DNA of 61,297 bases, filler included, from Stramenopiles sp. TOSAG23-3 (Eukaryota): the NCBI GenBank assembly GCA_900128585.1. It is 18 parts of 18 records of this genome, joined end to end, with 100 filler letters (N's around TTAATTAATTAA, not from the genome) between each part and the next. Parts side by side here need not be neighbours in the genome. Positions count along the whole stretch, not along the records: positions 54,610 to 57,904 come from LT644304.1; positions 58,005 to 61,297 come from LT644305.1; 16 more parts are not named here. One strand, written 5' to 3'. The position numbers were made by a program, and so were the translations under genes. Positions 56,213 through 61,297 of this stretch are shown here, in pieces. Each line of letters opens with the position of its first letter. Position 1 is the stretch's first letter. The notes beneath the pieces were generated by a model that worked only from the letters and a program-made list of their open reading frames with translations, did not search any database and had not been told where the DNA came from.

Positions 56213-56689
56213 ATGTCCGCCTTTCACTCGTTGTTACGAACCATGATGGCTCTTTTGGGTGTCTTTGAATTTTACAGTGCGTCGCAGTGGGTCCAGGACC
56301 CTACGGCACAGCAGGTGGAAGCCCAAGCGTTGCTTCCGAAGTCTATTTTGAGCGACGGCAGCCACTTCATCCCTGCGTGGCTTACGTTTTTAATCACCTT
56401 AGGGTGCGTCAGGATAAACTACGGCCTGGGGCCGGAGAACACTGTCACGTGGGCAAGTACCCTCGTGACCCACATTGTCGAGGAGTTGTTCTGGCTAAGC
56501 TATGCATCGAAAGCGAGCCCAGGCACCCCGGCGCTTGAGCTGATCACAAACTCGGTGAAGAACATCTCTACGGAGTTTCACACCGCGCTCGTGCTCGTCG
56601 GCCCGCTGCTGCTCATACTGTTCATCGTTTTGGACTACCCAAACAACACCCGGGGCTCGGCTGGCAAGAAGGGGGGAAAGCAAGCGTGA
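56213..56689 (+). CDS. Small 4-TM membrane protein, weakly Erg28-like
   Basis: Four hydrophobic segments, with LGCVR...PEN..W..TL resembling the Erg28 spacing, and a Lys-containing C-terminal tail. Confidence 0.5.
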   Translation: MSAFHSLLRTMMALLGVFEFYSASQWVQDPTAQQVEAQALLPKSILSDGSHFIPAWLTFLITLGCVRINYGLGPENTVTWASTLVTHIVEELFWLSYASKASPGTPALELITNSVKNISTEFHTALVLVGPLLLILFIVLDYPNNTRGSAGKKGGKQA

Positions 56690-56933
56690 GGAACGAAGCC
56701 AGCGTCTGCAGAGACGCACACCACCGGCTACACGCGCAACAACAAACACTGAACGGTTGAAGGCTTTTTGGAAGACTAGTCGGAACACGCCACACATGTT
56801 TTTCAATAAAAAGTTATGCACACGTAACAACTATATCTATATACAAAAAGAAATTATACATGTACAACACAACACTAGCAAACCACGAACCAAATGCTCC
56901 CCCGCCCGCCACTGCTCGAAATGAATCGTTTTG

Positions 56934-57904
56934 CTACATGGAAACGAGCATCTGCTCCAGGTCCGCGGTAAGGCTCCCGCCCATGTAGTCGGCGGAGCTC
57001 CTGTCGCTCTTGTGCAGCGACGTGTACGCGCCGACCATCTTCGTCTCCAAAAGCGGCTCCGGCACCTTCACCAAGCGGCTGCTCAGCGTTGCCGGGATGT
57101 ACGGGGAGACGGTCTCGACGAACTTTTCCTTGTCCTCTTCGGACGTGACGAACAGGCGGCTGTTGAACTCTGCCCCGTGCGGGACGTACCCGCTCTCGCC
57201 GTACGATTCCTCGTGCGAGAGGACCACGTTCATCCCGTACCGGTCGTTCAGCCCCCGCTGCAGCCGCTGCAAATCGTCCACCGCGGTGAAGTTGTCGAGG
57301 AGGAGGGTGTAGCACTCGAACGCGTCCCCGCTGGCGTGGTCCGTGCTCACCTGCATGCTGCCCTTGTCCAGGAACCAGTGGGCCAGGGCCCGGGGGGTCA
57401 GGTACGCCTCGATGTCCTCCGGGACGCACTTTACGAACTTTCCGCCCAGGCGCCGGACCCCTGCGGTCTTCCGGGCCCTCGTGGCCGTCATGAACTTCCC
57501 GTACAGCTCGTCCATCCGGGGGTGGGGGTGGGTGTGCACGCGGTACTGGAGCTGCCTGGAGTACCACTCCCCCTCCACGTACGAAATGTCGTTCGCGGCG
57601 ACGTACGGGAGACTGTCGTGCAAGACGTCCATAAAGTCGAGCCAGTGCCGGTCGAACTTGTGGTTTCGGTTGAACTCGTTCTGGCTGCACCTCTCCGGGA
57701 CGCGGGTCCCGAAGCTGTTGCAGGCGTACTTGAAGGAGCAGGGCTTCTTCTTGTGGCGCTTGATCAGCTCCCCGTTCCCCAGCAGGTACCCGACCAAATT
57801 CTCGAACTTTTCGTCCATTCCAAGCTCGACCCCCTTTTCCGCCGTCCGCGCCGCCTCGTCCTCGTCGAAAATGTCCCCAAAGAAACCGTGCGAGTCGAAC
57901 GCAG
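56934..57904 (-). CDS. Double-motif LAGLIDADG (I-SceI / LAGLIDADG_2-like) protein with substituted catalytic residues, 5'-partial
   Basis: LVGYLLGNG, KCVPEDIEAYLTPRALAHWFLDKG, LDNFT..D...L...L..RYG and FVETVSPYIP. The frame is open upstream of M57818 to the edge (AFDSHGFFGDIFDEDE..). Confidence 0.85.
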
Positions 57905-58004
57905 NNNNNNNNNNNNNNNNNNNNNNNNNNNNNNNNNNNNNNNNNNNNTTAATTAATTAANNNNNNNNNNNNNNNNNNNNNNNNNNNNNNNNNNNNNNNN
58001 NNNN

Positions 58005-58647
58005 CCCGCTCGTAATTGGGATGGCGGCAGATTCGCTGGCCGACATGGTCTGGAAAGGGGGAGAAACAGAGAGGACGTCGATCATAAACGCGGGTGGAAT
58101 GGAAGCCCTGCACGGGCTCGTTTCAGACACGAAGCCCCATGGAACGCAGCTGAAGGCGTTGTGGGCACTTCACACCATCGTCGGAGACAACGGTCACGCG
58201 AAGGACCGAGCCTGCACCTGCGGCCTGGTGGAGACCCTTTTGAAGGCGCTTGAGGTGACGCCAGCGTCGTCGGACGAATGGAGGCAGCTGAACGAAATCA
58301 AAGAAGTCTCGCTGTCACTGCTAGCAAAACTGATTGTTGGGCACGAAAAGAACTGCCGCAGAGTCCTTCGTATGGGATTGGACACTCTTATTCAGATGGC
58401 AGAAGAGGGTCTGCCAGAACCCCCGAGGGTTGCCCGAACGGGGAAAGCAGGTGGGGGCGGGCTGGAAAATCTGGTGGAGAAGCCGAAGCCGTGGCAGGTC
58501 TCTACAAAATCCAATTCTGCAGTGGCCCTGGATTTGCTACAAATGATCGGACCCCACAACTGGATATTGTGCAGCAACTGTGGCACTCGAAACGAAGGTG
58601 GAACCAGGTGTTTCCATTGCGCCCATTCAATAGCGTTTGTGCTGTGA
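58005..58647 (+). CDS. Armadillo-repeat protein with a C-terminal C4 zinc finger, 5'-partial
   Basis: IINAGGMEALHGL..KALWAL..CGLVETLL (ARM-like) and WILCSNCGTRNEGGTRCFHC. Confidence 0.75.
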
Positions 58648-58766
58648 GCCAGAAGAAGGTAATTATTTATTTATTTATACCACGTCTTCATATTTATTAT
58701 TAAACCATCAAGAAATTAGTTAATGCTATTCTCCTGTTTTTGTCATCTGTGTAAAAAAAAAAAAAT

Positions 58767-59262
58767 ACACGACCATCGTTGTTTTTTTTGAAGTAAAATG
58801 CCATCGTAGACACCTGTTCAATAAAGTGTTCAGTGTCCTTGGCGCGAATAAAAATCCAACTCGATTTTCAAAGTATGGAAGATTTCGGCCAGAAAACGAC
58901 AAATGAAAGCTAGAGGGACGCCTAACTACATAAGTTTAGACCAGGCGACCGTTCCTGTCACGACATCCGTGCCTGAACGAACGTTTATAAATTGTTTGCA
59001 CTCAAATGACTTGGAAATGTGGTTCCTAGGGACAATTTTTTGTGAAATGGGCGATTTAGACCAAACGCCACCCTACCAAACACTTAGTCATTTGCTGGGG
59101 TTAGAAAAATGAACCGTACTGGCATACTTTTATATATTAGAAAGCACTTTTGGCTGTTTAAATTTATAAAAATTATCCTTTTTTCACAAAGATCTCTTCG
59201 TTTGAAATAGTTAACATAAAGAAAAGAGCCATTTTCTAATTCCGCGCCAAAGATACTGAACA
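58767..59262 (+). mobile_element. Non-autonomous ~495-bp element (family 2), copy 2
   Basis: Homologous to 6099-6593. Inverted repeat TGTTCAGTGTCCTTGGCGCG (58827-58846) / CGCGCCAAAGATACTGAACA (59243-59262). Confidence 0.8.
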
Positions 59263-59340
59263 TTGCAATATTGTTACATATGCTGTGCTTATATTAAATT
59301 AAGAATATTAAAATTGTACTTATTGAATAAATTAGCAATC

Positions 59341-60765
59341 CTATCTAATTGACAGGCCCTCTGTGCAGTTGCATTCATTCGTTCGACGCCATTCATACAT
59401 TTCAATTGCAGAGTAGTAGTGAATCATGGACGCGAGCAGAATTACCAAATGCCACAACTGGTGAGACGCAAAAAAGTAATCGAACCGTCCCGATTTGAAG
59501 AATGCCTCCGGAAAAGAGTACAAGTATGCGAGGGCACCGATCAAGTAGAGGAAGCCCTCCATGATCATATTCCCCAGTTGCCTCCACGCAACCGGAATGT
59601 TGAAGAAATAGTCGTTGTACGCCAAGTGAAGGACGGGAAAAAGTGCGAACGCTCCAGAACAGATGAACCCCGCCGTTCTCAGCAAGCGGTACCGGTGGCT
59701 GTCCAAATTAAAAATCTTCCCATAATCGACGAACGAGAACGAAAACGTCAACGAGCTCAACGCGCCAAACGTAAGCAAATAAAACTGCCTCCAGAAGACA
59801 GAGCAAAACGAGTAGTATATCATCGGTACCATGGAGCCACAGATCAAAAACGAGATCCCTGCCAAATCCAACCCTTGAAACCGCAGCATCATCTCCTCGC
59901 TCAAACTGGTAAACAAATGGTACATGGCGCTCATGGTCATGCAATACGTCGCAGAGACCATGAAGAAAAACAGCGGCCAACTGGGGAGCTCGTTCATTCT
60001 GTCGACAAACATGTTCTCCGGCATATTGTTCGCCAGGATCTCTTTCATGTGACTGTTGAGGGCCGCCATCTTTTCATGCGCAAGGTTTTTCTTTTCGCTG
60101 GCGTATTCCATCATTACCGCGGACGCCTCCTTGATGCGGAGGCTCATATCGAGCGCCCGCTGGTGCGCGGCCTCGCTGGAGCTTTTCGCAGCGTCGTAAA
60201 AAAGGCCCTTGGCGTCCCTGAACTTTTCCCTGGCCTCGTGCAACTTGTCCCGAGGGGATATTTCCCCAAGCGTGCTGTAGAAGTCTTCAAAGTTTTTCTC
60301 GAACCGGTGCGACGCATCCGCAAGGGAGTTGTAGACGCCCACCTTTGTCAGCCCCTGGACGCGGTGAACGTTCGACGATAGCGACACCATCAGCACCACC
60401 ATAACCAGCGCTCCTATCAAGTGAAGCCAGACGTTCACAGTTTCGTTATGGAGCTGAAAGGCGGACCAAATGGTTTCCTTGACGTTCAGCCCAGCCCGGT
60501 AACCCCTTCTAATATACTTGTAGTGGGAGTGAAGCGGTGCGTTTTCCTTCACGTGGTCCACGCCGGGCGTTAGGCGCACCACCGGCGACTTCGCCGTGTT
60601 TCCAACGCTTTTCCTCTTCGCCACGATCGAGTTTTTCGAAGGGGGACTGTGCAAAGGCTTCTTCTTTGCCTTGGCAGGTTTAGCAGGCTTGGCGGGTGTC
60701 TTGGTTCGCCTGCGAGTCGTCGTCCCCGAAGCCTTTGCACCGCACGTCCGTTTCCCCACCGCCAT
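59341..60765 (-). CDS. PAQR / adiponectin-receptor (HlyIII) family protein
   Basis: YIRRGYR, LHNETVNVWLHLIG, SAMYHLF, LDLAGI, FPE..GRFDYFFASHQLWH. Confidence 0.95.
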   Translation of the reverse strand: MAVGKRTCGAKASGTTTRRRTKTPAKPAKPAKAKKKPLHSPPSKNSIVAKRKSVGNTAKSPVVRLTPGVDHVKENAPLHSHYKYIRRGYRAGLNVKETIWSAFQLHNETVNVWLHLIGALVMVVLMVSLSSNVHRVQGLTKVGVYNSLADASHRFEKNFEDFYSTLGEISPRDKLHEAREKFRDAKGLFYDAAKSSSEAAHQRALDMSLRIKEASAVMMEYASEKKNLAHEKMAALNSHMKEILANNMPENMFVDRMNELPSWPLFFFMVSATYCMTMSAMYHLFTSLSEEMMLRFQGLDLAGISFLICGSMVPMIYYSFCSVFWRQFYLLTFGALSSLTFSFSFVDYGKIFNLDSHRYRLLRTAGFICSGAFALFPVLHLAYNDYFFNIPVAWRQLGNMIMEGFLYLIGALAYLYSFPEAFFKSGRFDYFFASHQLWHLVILLASMIHYYSAIEMYEWRRTNECNCTEGLSIR

Positions 60766-61204
60766 GACGGATTAGAGTGCACTTGTTTATCAAACCCTTT
60801 CTACTACACAGCTCAACCCCGTCCAAAAAAATACAACGCAACCGTTCAACCAAGTTGGTGCAATGTATTATTATTTAAAAATAATGTTCATTTAATATGT
60901 TTTGAAAGTTGTAAAATGTAACTGATTACATTATTTTCTATCTAATCGTTAATCTCTTCATGAAAAGTAAACGGCAAAATAAAATATTTGCAATATAAAC
61001 AAAAAATACTACTCTACTATATACAGTACTACTACTACATGAAAAAACAATTAATAATATTATTACAGTCGGACAGAAGAAGAATATGTCTCGGCGGCGT
61101 CACACAGGAGAAGCGAGAACTGAGGAGAGAGAGAGAAAAAAGAAAGAAGGAGATTAGAAGAAGGAAGAAGAAAGAAGGAGATTTAAAAATAAAGATCCTC
61201 CCAT

Positions 61205-61297
61205 CATCCTCCTTCTTCCTTCTTCTTCTTCTTCTTCTTTCTTCTTTCTTCTTTCTTCTTCTTCTTCTTCTTCTTCTTCTTCTTCTTCTTCTTCTTC
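61205..61297. repeat. (TTC)n / (GAA)n microsatellite
   Basis: TTC run at the contig end. Similar purine/pyrimidine runs flank several other contig breaks (3424, 44260, 47811, 51070). Confidence 0.95.

Noticed and set aside
56875-57960. Long overlapping ORFs in several frames
   Set aside because: These are shadow ORFs caused by high GC3. Only the 56934-57904 minus frame has family motifs.
1-61297. tRNA, rRNA, reverse transcriptase, transposase or viral hallmark genes
   Set aside because: None were recognised by eye. tRNAscan-SE, Infernal and HMM searches would be needed to exclude them.

Overview
This window is not one locus. It is 18 unrelated contigs of about 3.3 kb, sorted by descending length (3323 to 3293 bp) and joined by an artificial 100-nt spacer (N44-TTAATTAATTAA-N44), so adjacency across a spacer means nothing. 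The DNA comes from an intron-poor unicellular eukaryote. GC-richer exons sit in very AT-rich, (GAA)n-rich intergenic DNA, and the few spliceosomal introns have ACTAAC branch points. A stramenopile-like protist MAG/SAG is my inference only. Recognisable genes are an Hrq1/MrfA-like helicase, an MFS transporter, a Cid1-type TUTase, a GNAT, an NTPDase, an SPP-like protein, a cPLA2-like lipase, V-ATPase B, a CRTAC1/ASPIC protein, RPS10, RPS8, MORN and EF-hand proteins, a GT31, CDC73 and a PAQR. The most interesting observations are: (1) an AP2-like DNA-binding domain apparently split by an EF-hand-containing insertion; (2) a GC-rich, nuclear-style I-SceI-family LAGLIDADG protein with both catalytic Asp substituted; (3) an MTFR1/PRR11-like protein with tandem WH2-like repeats; (4) a signal-peptide-peptidase pseudoenzyme; (5) a TUTase fused to a RanBP2 zinc finger; (6) an 11-nt micro-exon; (7) two unclassified dispersed repeat families. 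All family calls come from recognising motifs by eye; no database searches were run.
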